Below are positions 8,859 to 19,538 of a stretch of DNA of 64,000 bases, piece after piece (position 1 is the stretch's first letter; every line of letters begins with the position of its first letter). A model generated the notes under the pieces. That model ran no database searches. It was not told the DNA's origin and was given only the letters and a program-made list of their open reading frames with translations. The stretch comes from Candidatus Cloacimonadales bacterium (lineage in GTDB: Bacteria > Cloacimonadota > Cloacimonadia > Cloacimonadales > JAFGVF01): the NCBI GenBank assembly GCA_963662585.1, contig OY759729.1, positions 2,528,001-2,592,000 on the forward strand, read 5' to 3'. The translations under genes and the position numbers were made by a program.

Positions 8859-11702
8859 ATGCTATCAAAGCATCATCAAAAGTATTTAGCTCACTTACTT
8901 ACTAAAGTTGGTGGTGAAGGTATAGATAAATTATCTCAATCACTATTTAATGCAAATGTTGATTTAAATCCACATCAAGTTGAAGCAGCTCTTTTCGCTC
9001 TAAGAACGCCTTTCACTAATGGCGTCATACTTGCTGATGAAGTAGGTTTAGGGAAAACAATAGAAGCAGGTTTAGTAATAGCTCAATATGTTGCTGAGCA
9101 TAAAAGAAAGATATTGATAATTAGTCCAGCCTCTTTAAGAAAACAGTGGGCCGTTGAGTTGGAAGAGAAATTCAATCTTGAATCAGATATTTTTGATGCA
9201 AGAGAGTACAAGAGAGTTTCAAAAGAAGGCTATATCAACCCATTTATGAAAACAAATATTGTTATAGCATCATATCATTTTGTAGCTAGAAAAGCTGAAG
9301 ATATCAGAGCTATTGATTGGGATTTAGTAGTTATCGATGAAGCTCATAAGCTAAGAAACTCACACAGACAAAGTAATAAAATAGGTCAGGCATTAAGATG
9401 GGCAACTGAAGATAAAAGGAAAATCTTGCTTACGGCTACTCCTCTGCAAAACTCAATTACTGAATTATATGGAATTTCAGGAGTAATAGATGACAAAATA
9501 TTTGGAGATTTCTCAACTTTTAGAACTCTATATGCTAATGCTGATGGTGATTTATATGATTTAAAGAGTAGAATTGCAGGATTTTGTCATAGATCCTTAA
9601 GAAAAGATGTAATAGAATTCATAAGATTTACTCAAAGAAAGCTAATTACTATTGATTACAGCCCCTCAGAAGAAGAAGCTCTTCTTTATGTTACAGTATC
9701 TAACTTTCTTCAAAGAGAAGATACTTACTCTTTCCCCAAACAACAAAAACACCTTATTGTACTAATTGTTCGAAAAGTGTTGTCTTCATCTTTTTATGCT
9801 CTTTCTGAGACACTTATTTCTATCAAGAATAGGTTGGTTAGCCTAAGAGATGAAATTCCTGTAGAAGAAGATTTTGTTACTGCATTAATAGACTCAGTTG
9901 ATATTGATGAAGAGTACTTAGAAGATTATGAAGATTATGAAAATAGAGATGAAGATAAAAAGATTGACCGAAAAAAACTAAATTCTGAAATAGAAGAGGT
10001 AGAAAGACTGATACTTTGGGCAAAAAGTCTAGGGATAGACACTAAAACTAAAAGTTTAATTCAGGCTTTATCAATCGGCTATGCAGAGTTAGAAAAAGTT
10101 GGGGCTAATAAGAAAGCTGTTATCTTTACTGAATCAAAACGCACATTGGTATATTTACAAAATTATTTAGAATCTAACGGGTATTTAGGTAAGATTTGTA
10201 CCTATTCAGGTTCTAATAATGATACTCTTTCAAGAAAAATTTATCAAGAATGGTTAAATAAAAATAGCGATAAGATTGTTGGCTCAAAATCAGTTAATAT
10301 GCGACATGCAATTTTAGATTTTTTCGAAAATGAAGCTCAGATAATGATATCTACAGAAGCTGGAGCCGAAGGTTTAAACCTCCAATTCTGCTCACTTTTA
10401 ATCAACTTTGATTTACCATGGAATCCTCAAAGAATTGAACAAAGAATTGGAAGAATCCATAGATACGGACAACGATTCGATATTGTGGTAATAAATTTCT
10501 TAAATAGAAAGAATGCTGCAGATAAACGAGTTTATGATCTTTTACGCTATAAATTCAACCTCTTTGAAGGTATCTTCGGTTCATCAGATGAGATTTTAGG
10601 TCAAATTGAGAAAGCTTCGAATATAGAAGCAAGAATATCAGCAATTTATCAAAATTGTCGTACAGAAAAAGAGATAGAAGAGCAATTTAATAATCTCCAA
10701 AAAGAGTTGGAAGAGATAATCAATAGCAAAATTGAGACGACTAAACAAAAACTATTTGAAAATTTTGATGAAGAAGTTCATCGGAAAATTAAGATAGAGT
10801 ATAATGATGCTTTGAATTCCTTAGATGAGTTTGGTAGAGACTTTTGGAGATTAACTAGAGCAAACTTAGATAGTTGTGCCCTTTTTGATGAGGATAAGTT
10901 AACTTTCCAGTTACATAAAAATCCACTACCGCAGATAAAAAAAGGAAAATATTACCTACCTAGTAAGAGAAATCAAGAAGAACAAAGCGGAAAGAGATAC
11001 ACTTTAGATACTGATTTAGGAAAATACTGCTTAGAGTCAGCAAAAAATTTAATTTTAACTACAGATTTAGTAAGTTTTAATTTGACAGAGTATCCTCTCA
11101 AAATATCAGCTTTAGAGCAGTTCCAAGGTCAAACAGGCTACCTTTTGCTCTCTAAATTAACAATAGAGAGTATTGAAAAAGAAGAATATCTTCTATTTTC
11201 TGGTTTTACATCCAAAGGAGAAGATTTGGAACAGGCTATTTTGCAAAAAATGTTTAGGTTGGATTCCCAAAAGGAAAGGGAAATATCTATCCCCGAAGAA
11301 GTAAATACTAAGTTAATTTCTGATAATAGAGTATATGCAGAAACAGTAGTAAGGAAGTCTTTAGAAACAAACAATTCCCTCTTTTTAGAGAGAAGAGATA
11401 TGCTCTATAGATGGGCTGAGGATGTAGTTGAAGCAGCAGAAAGAAAACTACAAGATGTTAAAAAAGAGTTAAGACTTGCAGAGAGAGAAGCTGGAAACTG
11501 TAAGACTTTAGTTGAACAGAAGCAGGCACAAGAGAACATTAAAACTCTTGAAAAGAAAAAAAGAGCAACCCGCAATAAAATATATGAAACTGAAGATATG
11601 ATTGCAGATAAAAGAAATATATTGATTAATGAATTGGAAAAGAAAATGGCTCATAGAAAAAGAAACCAAGTTCTTTTTATGATAAAATGGGAAATTAATT
11701 AG
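8859..11702 (+). CDS. SNF2/RapA-like helicase
   Basis: LADEVGLGKTIE, DEAH, LLTATPLQN, EGLNLQ, DLPWNPQRIEQRIGRIHRYGQ; C-terminal coiled coil; ATG at 8859 after AGGGAG. Confidence 0.93.
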   Translation: MLSKHHQKYLAHLLTKVGGEGIDKLSQSLFNANVDLNPHQVEAALFALRTPFTNGVILADEVGLGKTIEAGLVIAQYVAEHKRKILIISPASLRKQWAVELEEKFNLESDIFDAREYKRVSKEGYINPFMKTNIVIASYHFVARKAEDIRAIDWDLVVIDEAHKLRNSHRQSNKIGQALRWATEDKRKILLTATPLQNSITELYGISGVIDDKIFGDFSTFRTLYANADGDLYDLKSRIAGFCHRSLRKDVIEFIRFTQRKLITIDYSPSEEEALLYVTVSNFLQREDTYSFPKQQKHLIVLIVRKVLSSSFYALSETLISIKNRLVSLRDEIPVEEDFVTALIDSVDIDEEYLEDYEDYENRDEDKKIDRKKLNSEIEEVERLILWAKSLGIDTKTKSLIQALSIGYAELEKVGANKKAVIFTESKRTLVYLQNYLESNGYLGKICTYSGSNNDTLSRKIYQEWLNKNSDKIVGSKSVNMRHAILDFFENEAQIMISTEAGAEGLNLQFCSLLINFDLPWNPQRIEQRIGRIHRYGQRFDIVVINFLNRKNAADKRVYDLLRYKFNLFEGIFGSSDEILGQIEKASNIEARISAIYQNCRTEKEIEEQFNNLQKELEEIINSKIETTKQKLFENFDEEVHRKIKIEYNDALNSLDEFGRDFWRLTRANLDSCALFDEDKLTFQLHKNPLPQIKKGKYYLPSKRNQEEQSGKRYTLDTDLGKYCLESAKNLILTTDLVSFNLTEYPLKISALEQFQGQTGYLLLSKLTIESIEKEEYLLFSGFTSKGEDLEQAILQKMFRLDSQKEREISIPEEVNTKLISDNRVYAETVVRKSLETNNSLFLERRDMLYRWAEDVVEAAERKLQDVKKELRLAEREAGNCKTLVEQKQAQENIKTLEKKKRATRNKIYETEDMIADKRNILINELEKKMAHRKRNQVLFMIKWEIN

Positions 11703-11710
11703 GAGTTAAA

Positions 11711-14700
11711 ATGACTAAACTAAATGAATTACAAAATAAATTATTAGAACTTTTTGAATTAGATAAGACTGATTTAGACTTTGGAATCTATAGAGTAATA
11801 AATAAACGACAAGATCAGATTAAGCACTTTATTAACAATATTTTACCTACAGATGTTAATAATATTATCTTATCCACCAATCTTCAGCAAATAACTGAAG
11901 AGTTTGAACAAGCAAAAAAAGAGTGTCTTGAAAATTTTGGGCCAAGTGCTTTTAATGAAAATGGAGAGTTAGAAGATATTTATACAGGTGGTGCTATAGG
12001 CAAAAAGTATCTTGAACTCAAAGAAAAGAAAGATAGCAAAGTCGAAATTGATAAGCTTGAATCTGAGGTATATTCTCACCTCTTAGATTTCTTTAGTCGC
12101 TACTATCAAGATGGAGATTTTATCTCCCAACGCCGTTCCGCTATTAAAGATAAATACGCAATCCCCTATAATGGTGAAGAAGTTGTAATGCACTGGGCTA
12201 ACAAAGATCAATACTATATAAAATCTTCTGAACTCTTGAAGGATTATACTTTCCAAATTAAAGATAAGAAAGTTAAGTTTCGACTTGCTGGAACTGATGC
12301 TGTAAAAGATAACAATAGAGCTAAAAGACTGATGGTTCTCTACAAAGATAAAGATGGACAATTTGATGATTCTGCTCCAGTTAAGATTGAAGTAGAGGAA
12401 GATTCTTTAGTCATACCTTTTTATTTCAAAGCGGTTAAATCAGATAAAAAAACAAAGCAATATTATATTGATTTAGAAAAGGATATAACCGATTCTCTAA
12501 ATCAAGAATGGAAAGAACTTTTAACTTCTCCTGATGATAACTTTACAGGTAAAGATAAAAGAACTATTATTGGTAAGCATCTTATAACCTATACAAAAAA
12601 ACAGACTTCTGATTTCTTTATCCATAAAGATTTAGGAGCTTTCCTTAATAATGAACTAGATTTCTTTATCAAAAATGAAGTTATGTACCTGGATGATGTA
12701 GTCAATAAACCTGCAGACTATCTAAGCAGTGAAATTAGAAAAATTAAGGCTATCAGGTCTATTGCTCAGAAAATCATCACCTTCTTAGCTCAAATTGAAA
12801 ATTTCCAAAAAAAACTATGGTTAAAAAAGAAATTTATCTATGAAACCAACTACTGCTTTACCTTAGATAGAATACCAGAAGAATTCTATGGAGAAATAGC
12901 AAATAATGAGAAACAAATAGAAGAATGGATTAAGCTATTCTCTATTGATAAGATAAAAGGAGATGATACTATTATCTCCTTTAAGAAGTTTGACAAAGCT
13001 GATGATAAAACTAAAGTAGAATTCCTAAAACAAAACAAATTTCTTGTTCTTGATACTGCTTTTTTCAAACTAGATTTCAAATATCAGATTCTTTCTAAAA
13101 TTGATAATCTTGATGAAGGAACTGATGGTTTGCTTATTCACTCAGAAAATTTTCAAGCATTAAACTTGCTCCAGACTCGTTATAAAGAGAAAGTTAAATG
13201 TATCTACATTGACCCACCTTATAACACAAATGCATCAGAAATAGCTTACAAGAATGGATATAAGAATTCTTCATGGTTGTCCTTCATGAAAGATAGACTT
13301 ATATTATCTAAAGAAACTATTCGAATAAATGGATTTATTTTTATTGCAATCGATGATTTAGAATTGTTTAAACTAAATGAATTAATTGAATCAATCTATT
13401 CAAGAGATAATTTTCTTGCTAATGTCAGTGTCATTCATAAACCAGAAGGAAGAAATCAAGAAAAATTCTTTGGAACTTCCAATGAGTATATGTTAGTTTA
13501 TGCCAAGAATAAAGATAAAGCGGCGTTTGAAAAAGTAGTTTTAGATAAGGAATTAGAGATGAAATTTACTTTTACCGACACTCATGGTATATATAGGCGA
13601 AAAAACTTTATAAGATTAACAGATGGAAAGTATGCTTTAAGAGAAAGCAAACCAGGTTTTTATTATCCTATTTATGTAAGCAATGATTTCACAAAAATCG
13701 ATATTTCTTCTTTTGATGATTCAATTGCTTTATATCCAATAACAACTCAGGGCATTGAACGAACTTGGAAAACAAAACCAGAGACTTTTCTTGAGTATCT
13801 TAAAAAAGGTAATATTGAATGTGTAAAAGAAAATGGTGAAATAATTATCTTTGAAAAATTACGCGAGAACCAAGTTATTAAGACTCATTGGACAAAGAGT
13901 GAATATCATTCATATCACCATGGTACAAAAATTCTAGAAAATATTTTGGGGAATAAATTATTTGATTTTCCAAAATCTATCTATACAATTATTGACACTT
14001 TAAAGATATCTACAAGGTTTAATGATTATATTCTCGACTACTTCGCCGGTTCAGGAACAACTGGACATGCAGTAGTAAATTTAAATCGAGAAGATGGTGG
14101 TAAACGAAAATACATTATGGTTGAGATGGGGGATTATTTTGATACAGTAACCAAGCCTCGCATGCAAAAAGTTGTTTATAGTACAGATTGGGATAATGGT
14201 AAACCTACTACTAGAGATACAGGTATCTCACATTGTTTTAAATATATCCGTTTAGAAAGCTATGAAGACACTTTAAATAACTTAGTTTTAGAGGATAGTT
14301 CATTAGACTTATTAGGCATAAATATTCCTGAAGATGTTAAGCAAGACTATTTAATTAACTACATGTTAGATATTGAGAGTAGGGATAGTCTAATGGATAT
14401 TAAGAAATTTGATAATCCTTTTGATTATAGCTTAAAGATTCATAATTATGAGACAGGCCAAGCTGAGTATAAACAGGTAGATTTAATTGAAACATTTAAC
14501 TATTTGTTAGGAGTACAAGTAGATGAGTTTAAGCTTAAAGATGGCTATATAACTATTGAGGGTAAAAATCCTAACAATGAGACCATTTTGATTATATGGC
14601 GTGATGTAGCTAAAAAAGATAATAATAATCTTACTAATTTCTTAACAAAAAATATGAGAGTTAATCCTGCTGATACTGAGTATCGAGCTATCTATATCAA

Positions 14701-14791
14701 TGGAGACCATAGATTAGAGGATCCTCATAAGAAGATATTCAATATTGCAGAAATCTTTAACACCTTGATGTTTGATGGTGTGGAGGTATAA
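11711..14791 (+). CDS. Large site-specific N6-adenine DNA methyltransferase, type III Mod-like (beta class)
   Basis: IYIDPPYNT precedes FPKS and LDYFAGSGTTGHA; upstream of a Res-like gene. Confidence 0.92.
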   Translation: MTKLNELQNKLLELFELDKTDLDFGIYRVINKRQDQIKHFINNILPTDVNNIILSTNLQQITEEFEQAKKECLENFGPSAFNENGELEDIYTGGAIGKKYLELKEKKDSKVEIDKLESEVYSHLLDFFSRYYQDGDFISQRRSAIKDKYAIPYNGEEVVMHWANKDQYYIKSSELLKDYTFQIKDKKVKFRLAGTDAVKDNNRAKRLMVLYKDKDGQFDDSAPVKIEVEEDSLVIPFYFKAVKSDKKTKQYYIDLEKDITDSLNQEWKELLTSPDDNFTGKDKRTIIGKHLITYTKKQTSDFFIHKDLGAFLNNELDFFIKNEVMYLDDVVNKPADYLSSEIRKIKAIRSIAQKIITFLAQIENFQKKLWLKKKFIYETNYCFTLDRIPEEFYGEIANNEKQIEEWIKLFSIDKIKGDDTIISFKKFDKADDKTKVEFLKQNKFLVLDTAFFKLDFKYQILSKIDNLDEGTDGLLIHSENFQALNLLQTRYKEKVKCIYIDPPYNTNASEIAYKNGYKNSSWLSFMKDRLILSKETIRINGFIFIAIDDLELFKLNELIESIYSRDNFLANVSVIHKPEGRNQEKFFGTSNEYMLVYAKNKDKAAFEKVVLDKELEMKFTFTDTHGIYRRKNFIRLTDGKYALRESKPGFYYPIYVSNDFTKIDISSFDDSIALYPITTQGIERTWKTKPETFLEYLKKGNIECVKENGEIIIFEKLRENQVIKTHWTKSEYHSYHHGTKILENILGNKLFDFPKSIYTIIDTLKISTRFNDYILDYFAGSGTTGHAVVNLNREDGGKRKYIMVEMGDYFDTVTKPRMQKVVYSTDWDNGKPTTRDTGISHCFKYIRLESYEDTLNNLVLEDSSLDLLGINIPEDVKQDYLINYMLDIESRDSLMDIKKFDNPFDYSLKIHNYETGQAEYKQVDLIETFNYLLGVQVDEFKLKDGYITIEGKNPNNETILIIWRDVAKKDNNNLTNFLTKNMRVNPADTEYRAIYINGDHRLEDPHKKIFNIAEIFNTLMFDGVEV

Positions 14792-15813
14792 TGTCAGAAT
14801 CACCTTTAGTTACAAATCCTATAGAAAGGCAGAATATTCTCAATAATCAATTTGCTCTATCTGAAATTGAAAAGTCTCTGGGCATTAAGGGTATATTGTT
14901 TGAAGGTTCATATCGATTTACCAAGAAACAGATTTCTGATTTCTATGAAGTTGACCCAAGAACAATTGAACGATATCTGGAAAAGTATAGCTTAGAGTTA
15001 GGTGAAAATGGCTATGAAGTTTTACGAGGTAAAAGACTAGATCAGTTTAAGTTAAATGTAAAAAAGCTCTCTGACCCCGACATTGATGTCGGAGTCAAAA
15101 TTAGAATGTATGGTATTTTTGATTTTCGCTCTTTTCTTAATATAGGAATGTTACTCACAGAAAGTGATGTTGCTAAAGAACTTAGGCAAACTATTTTAGA
15201 TATAGTAATTGATACTATTAACCAAAAAACAGGTGGTGCTACAAAATATATTAATCAGAGAGATCGAGATTTTGTTGCTACATTCTTTAAGAATGAGAAT
15301 TATAGAAAAACATTTACTGATGCACTTAACAAATATCTTGATATGGGGCAGTTCAAGTACCCTTATTATACTGACAAAATCTACAAAAGTATCTTCAAAG
15401 AGAAGGCTGACGAGTACAGAAAGATCTTGAAATTATCTCCTCAAGAAAATGTAAGAAAAACCTTATACTCAGAAGTCTTATTATTAGTTTCTTCATTTGA
15501 ATATGGATTTGGGGAATTATTGAAGAGTAAGTCAGAGCTGAAAAAGAGAAAATTAACTAAGAGTGAAGCAGATGCTTGTTTTAATGAGTTTGAAAACTCA
15601 GCTCATTGGAGACCTCTTATTGAAGATGCCAGAGTGAAAATGGCAAGTAGAGATCTATGCTTTAGGGATGCTTTGCACCTCCAGTTAAAAGAGTACCTTG
15701 CTCCTTTACCTAAAGAAGATTTTGAAAAGTTTCTTGGTTCCAGTAGTAAGGATGTAGCAGAGCAGTTGGAAGAGTTTAAAGATATTTTTAAAAGATTGAA
15801 GGAGCGGAGTTAA
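14791..15813 (+). CDS. Putative DNA-binding protein (RhuM/phage antirepressor-like N-terminus)
   Basis: HTH-like FTKKQISDFYEVDPRTIERYL and FLNIGMLLTESDVAKELR segment; TAATG-coupled to mod and to the Fic gene. Confidence 0.55.
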   Translation: MSESPLVTNPIERQNILNNQFALSEIEKSLGIKGILFEGSYRFTKKQISDFYEVDPRTIERYLEKYSLELGENGYEVLRGKRLDQFKLNVKKLSDPDIDVGVKIRMYGIFDFRSFLNIGMLLTESDVAKELRQTILDIVIDTINQKTGGATKYINQRDRDFVATFFKNENYRKTFTDALNKYLDMGQFKYPYYTDKIYKSIFKEKADEYRKILKLSPQENVRKTLYSEVLLLVSSFEYGFGELLKSKSELKKRKLTKSEADACFNEFENSAHWRPLIEDARVKMASRDLCFRDALHLQLKEYLAPLPKEDFEKFLGSSSKDVAEQLEEFKDIFKRLKERS

Positions 15814-16247
15814 TGGAAATTAATTATATTGATTTACCTGCCCTGCTTAATATATATCAAAAAACAATCGAGGTTTCTGGTGGTGGAGAGGCTGGTATCA
15901 GAGATAAGGGCCAGATAGAGAGTATTCTTGAACATATTAAAAATGACCTCTACTATCCCTCTTTTATTAATAAACTTACCCACCTCTTCTTTTCCTTAAA
16001 TAAGTTTCACTGTTTTACAGACGGCAACAAAAGAATTGCTATTTCTGCGAGTGTCCTATTTCTTACGATTAATGGATATTTCTCTAGAATTTCAGAGTTT
16101 ATTATTGAAATGGAGAATATTACTCATCATGTAGCTGCTGGTGAAATAGACAAAGATCTTTTAGAAGAGATTATTACAGCAATAATTTATGATACTTATA
16201 ATTATGATGAAAACTTAAAGTTTAAAATTTATAAAGCAATTAGTTAG
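15813..16247 (+). CDS. Fic/Doc family protein (Doc-type motif)
   Basis: HCFTDGNKRIA (His66) and GIRDKGQIES segment typical of death-on-curing toxins. Confidence 0.88.
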   Translation: MEINYIDLPALLNIYQKTIEVSGGGEAGIRDKGQIESILEHIKNDLYYPSFINKLTHLFFSLNKFHCFTDGNKRIAISASVLFLTINGYFSRISEFIIEMENITHHVAAGEIDKDLLEEIITAIIYDTYNYDENLKFKIYKAIS

Positions 16248-16259
16248 AAAGGATTTAAA

Positions 16260-19200
16260 ATGGAAAAATTATCGCATAGATTAATTATATATGATTGGAT
16301 GTTTACCAAGTTAGGCTATAATGATGCAAAAGCAGGGATGGAAGATTTAAGCTCTTTTATGCAGAGAATAGAGACTGGCTGGAATGAGCAAAATATCTTC
16401 TACTTTACTGAAGCTCTCAAGCTAAACTTACCTCAAACAAGAGAGATTACTAACCAAGATTTAGACATTTATGATTCTAATATTTATAGCCATTGGAGAA
16501 GAATCACCAAAGAAAGAGTTATTGTCGAGCATAGAGAGATTTTTCCTCTCTATTTTCAATATATCGCTCTACTCTTCACTGAGTACTATCTTCATAGATT
16601 TTTCAAAGACCTTAGTAATAACACCAATAATTTACTAGAAGAGCTAAACCATTATAGAATTACTTATAATAGAAAATATACTCGCAAAGGTGATTATATT
16701 CCAGTTTTTGCTTATGATGATTTTAGAAAGATTGCTTTTTGGATGGCTACCGGGAGTGGAAAAACTCTTCTCATGCATTGTCATATTTTACAATTTCATC
16801 ATTATCTAGATAAATATCAGCTTCATAGATATTTTAATAAAACTATTTTAATAACACCTAATGAAAGTCTCTCAAAACAACATCTTGAAGAGTTAAATTT
16901 ATCCAATATCTCAGCTATGGCTTACTCTAAAGATAGTCACGAAAACATAGATAACAGAATCGAAGTTATTGAAATAACCAAACTTAAAGAAGTTAGTGGG
17001 GTTACTACTGTAGCAGTTAGTGAGTTTGGTAGCAATAACATAGTTTTAGTAGATGAAGGACACAGAGGAGCTGCGGGAGATACTTGGGTTACAAATAGAG
17101 AAAAGATGAGTGAACAAGGCTTCTCTTTTGAATATTCTGCTACCTTGGGCCAGGCAGCCCAAACTTCTGATTCTATCAACAATATCTATGCTAAATCTAT
17201 ATTGATGGACTACTCCTACAAATATTTTTATCATGACGGCTACGGAAAAGATTTTTACATAACAGTTTTAGATAAACTTGAAGAGGGATATAATCAGACA
17301 GTTTCTCAGCACCTTTATTTGACAAATAATCTCTTAAAATTCTATCAACAGTGCAAATTATACCAAAATAATGAGGTATATTATAATGATTACTTAATAG
17401 ATTCCCCTTTGATGATTATTGTTGGTTCTACTGTTACTGGTAATAGGATGCAAGAAAGAGATACAGATATCATTACTACCATTAAGTTCTTTGCCAAGTT
17501 TATCCAAGACAAAGCAGAGAGCTATAGTAACATTAAGCTGATAATTAGTGGATTAGCTGAGCAATTAGTAGATGGATTGGTAAACTATGAAGCTTTCAAT
17601 TATTTAGACAGCTTGTTTCCTATTCATCAAGCAGATTCTGCAGAGTTAATTTATAATGATATTTTAAGTACTGTCTTTAATTCTCCTGGGGGAGGATTAC
17701 TCCACGCTGTTAATATGAAAGGTTCTGGAAGTGAAATAGGATTAAAGGTAGGTAATGGTAACGATTACTTTGGTGTAATAAACATTGGTGAACCTAGGAA
17801 ATTATGGAATATGTTGCTCGAATCTGATAACATTACCACGATAGAGCAAACTATCTCCTATTCACTCTTCGATACCATTAATGACCATAATTCACAGCTT
17901 AAAGTTCTGATAGGAGCTAAAAAGTTCACGGAAGGTTGGAACAGCTGGCGTGTTAGTAGTATGGGACTAATAAATGTTGGTGTAAATGAGGGCTCGCAAA
18001 TTATACAACTCTTCGGGAGAGGAGTACGCCTGAAAGGATTTAATTTCTCATTAAAGAGGACTAATACAAATAACAATACTCCAAAACATCTTGATTTATT
18101 AGAGACTCTTAATGTTTTTGGTATAAATTCTAACTATATGAATCAATTTAAAGAATATGTTGCAACAGAAGAGGTTATTGGAGAAAATAAAGAAGAAGAG
18201 ATTATGTTACCAATAATTTCTAATATTGTTAATCCAGACCTCAAGGTGATTCTACCACAAAAAGATACTCCTGACTTCATAAAAGAAGAAATCTTAGACT
18301 TTAAGCTAGAGAAAGAAATAAAAGGGAAAGTGCAGTCTGACTGGTATAGTAGAGTTTCCAGCATTACTAACAAATTTAATCTTGAATATAGTAATAACAA
18401 TCAACTTAATGAAGAGTCTTTTAAGAAATATCATCTTAAATATCTAAACTATGATCAGCTCTATCTAGATTTACTGAAATATAAGAAAGAACATGCCCGT
18501 TATAATGTAGATATTAGCTTAAACAGTGTCATAGAACTTTTAGAAGATAACTCATGGTATGAACTATACATACCCTCATTTTTGATGAAATTTGATAGTT
18601 TCTCAAAAATTAGGCTTTGGAATGAAATTGCTCTATCTCTTCTAAAGTCATATTTAGATAAATTCTATAAGCATTATAAAAATAAGTTCCAAGCACCTTA
18701 CAGAGAGTATCGAACATTAAAAGATGTATTAGAGTCAGCTGAACCTCAATGCCTGGCCTTTAAAAAAAATCTAGAGTTTGAATACAAGGCAATAGTAGAT
18801 AATAGTAAGGAGTTTTTAATTCGTAATATTAATAATTTAAAAAAGTCTCTTACAAATGGAGAATTTACTCCAATGAACTTAGGTAATTTTGAGATTGTTA
18901 AATTTGATAGACATCTATATAATCCACTTTTCTCTGTTAAAAAAGGTAATCTTGAAATCAAAATTTCTCCAGTTCATCTTAATATACATGAAAGGCAGTT
19001 TATAAAAGATTTAGAGACTTGGTGTAATAATAACAAAGATGGGTACTTACAAAACAGACAGTTATATGTTCTACGAAATCAAGAGAGAGGTAAAGGAATT
19101 GGCTTTTTTGATGAGAGTAACTTTTATCCAGATTTTATCATTTGGTTAGTAGAAGGAGAGAAACAGAAGATTACTTTTGCTGACCCACATGGACTTATTC

Positions 19201-19436
19201 ATGCTAAAGGATTTAAAGACCCTAAAATACGCTTATCTAAAACAATCAAAGAGGTAGAGATGCAATTGAAAGATAAAAATGTAAGTTTGCATTCATCAAT
19301 TCTATCTCCTACTAGATATGATGAGATTGTCCATTGGGAGAGTGCCCTGCCTGGGAAAAATGAATTTTCTAAGCATAATGTTCTCTTTATGTATGATGAT
19401 GAAAATTATATTGATAAATTGATAAAATTACAGTAG
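16260..19436 (+). CDS. Type III restriction-like Res subunit (DEAD/H helicase + PD-(D/E)xK nuclease)
   Basis: FWMATGSGKT, VDEGH, EYSAT, EGWNS, QLFGRGVR; C-terminal FYPDFIIW...FADPHG. Confidence 0.9.
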   Translation: MEKLSHRLIIYDWMFTKLGYNDAKAGMEDLSSFMQRIETGWNEQNIFYFTEALKLNLPQTREITNQDLDIYDSNIYSHWRRITKERVIVEHREIFPLYFQYIALLFTEYYLHRFFKDLSNNTNNLLEELNHYRITYNRKYTRKGDYIPVFAYDDFRKIAFWMATGSGKTLLMHCHILQFHHYLDKYQLHRYFNKTILITPNESLSKQHLEELNLSNISAMAYSKDSHENIDNRIEVIEITKLKEVSGVTTVAVSEFGSNNIVLVDEGHRGAAGDTWVTNREKMSEQGFSFEYSATLGQAAQTSDSINNIYAKSILMDYSYKYFYHDGYGKDFYITVLDKLEEGYNQTVSQHLYLTNNLLKFYQQCKLYQNNEVYYNDYLIDSPLMIIVGSTVTGNRMQERDTDIITTIKFFAKFIQDKAESYSNIKLIISGLAEQLVDGLVNYEAFNYLDSLFPIHQADSAELIYNDILSTVFNSPGGGLLHAVNMKGSGSEIGLKVGNGNDYFGVINIGEPRKLWNMLLESDNITTIEQTISYSLFDTINDHNSQLKVLIGAKKFTEGWNSWRVSSMGLINVGVNEGSQIIQLFGRGVRLKGFNFSLKRTNTNNNTPKHLDLLETLNVFGINSNYMNQFKEYVATEEVIGENKEEEIMLPIISNIVNPDLKVILPQKDTPDFIKEEILDFKLEKEIKGKVQSDWYSRVSSITNKFNLEYSNNNQLNEESFKKYHLKYLNYDQLYLDLLKYKKEHARYNVDISLNSVIELLEDNSWYELYIPSFLMKFDSFSKIRLWNEIALSLLKSYLDKFYKHYKNKFQAPYREYRTLKDVLESAEPQCLAFKKNLEFEYKAIVDNSKEFLIRNINNLKKSLTNGEFTPMNLGNFEIVKFDRHLYNPLFSVKKGNLEIKISPVHLNIHERQFIKDLETWCNNNKDGYLQNRQLYVLRNQERGKGIGFFDESNFYPDFIIWLVEGEKQKITFADPHGLIHAKGFKDPKIRLSKTIKEVEMQLKDKNVSLHSSILSPTRYDEIVHWESALPGKNEFSKHNVLFMYDDENYIDKLIKLQ

Positions 19437-19538
19437 AATTTAGTATACAAACTCTTTTTGGGGAATAGGTTGGGTATTAGAAATATTTGACCTATTAAAC
19501 CCCTCCAGGATTTAAGAGCTTCTTATCAGGTATTTGCT

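Noticed and set aside
8859..19436. DISARM or BREX assignment
   Set aside because: No DrmA/DrmB/DrmC-like or PglZ/BrxC-like ORFs; partner is a Res-like helicase-nuclease
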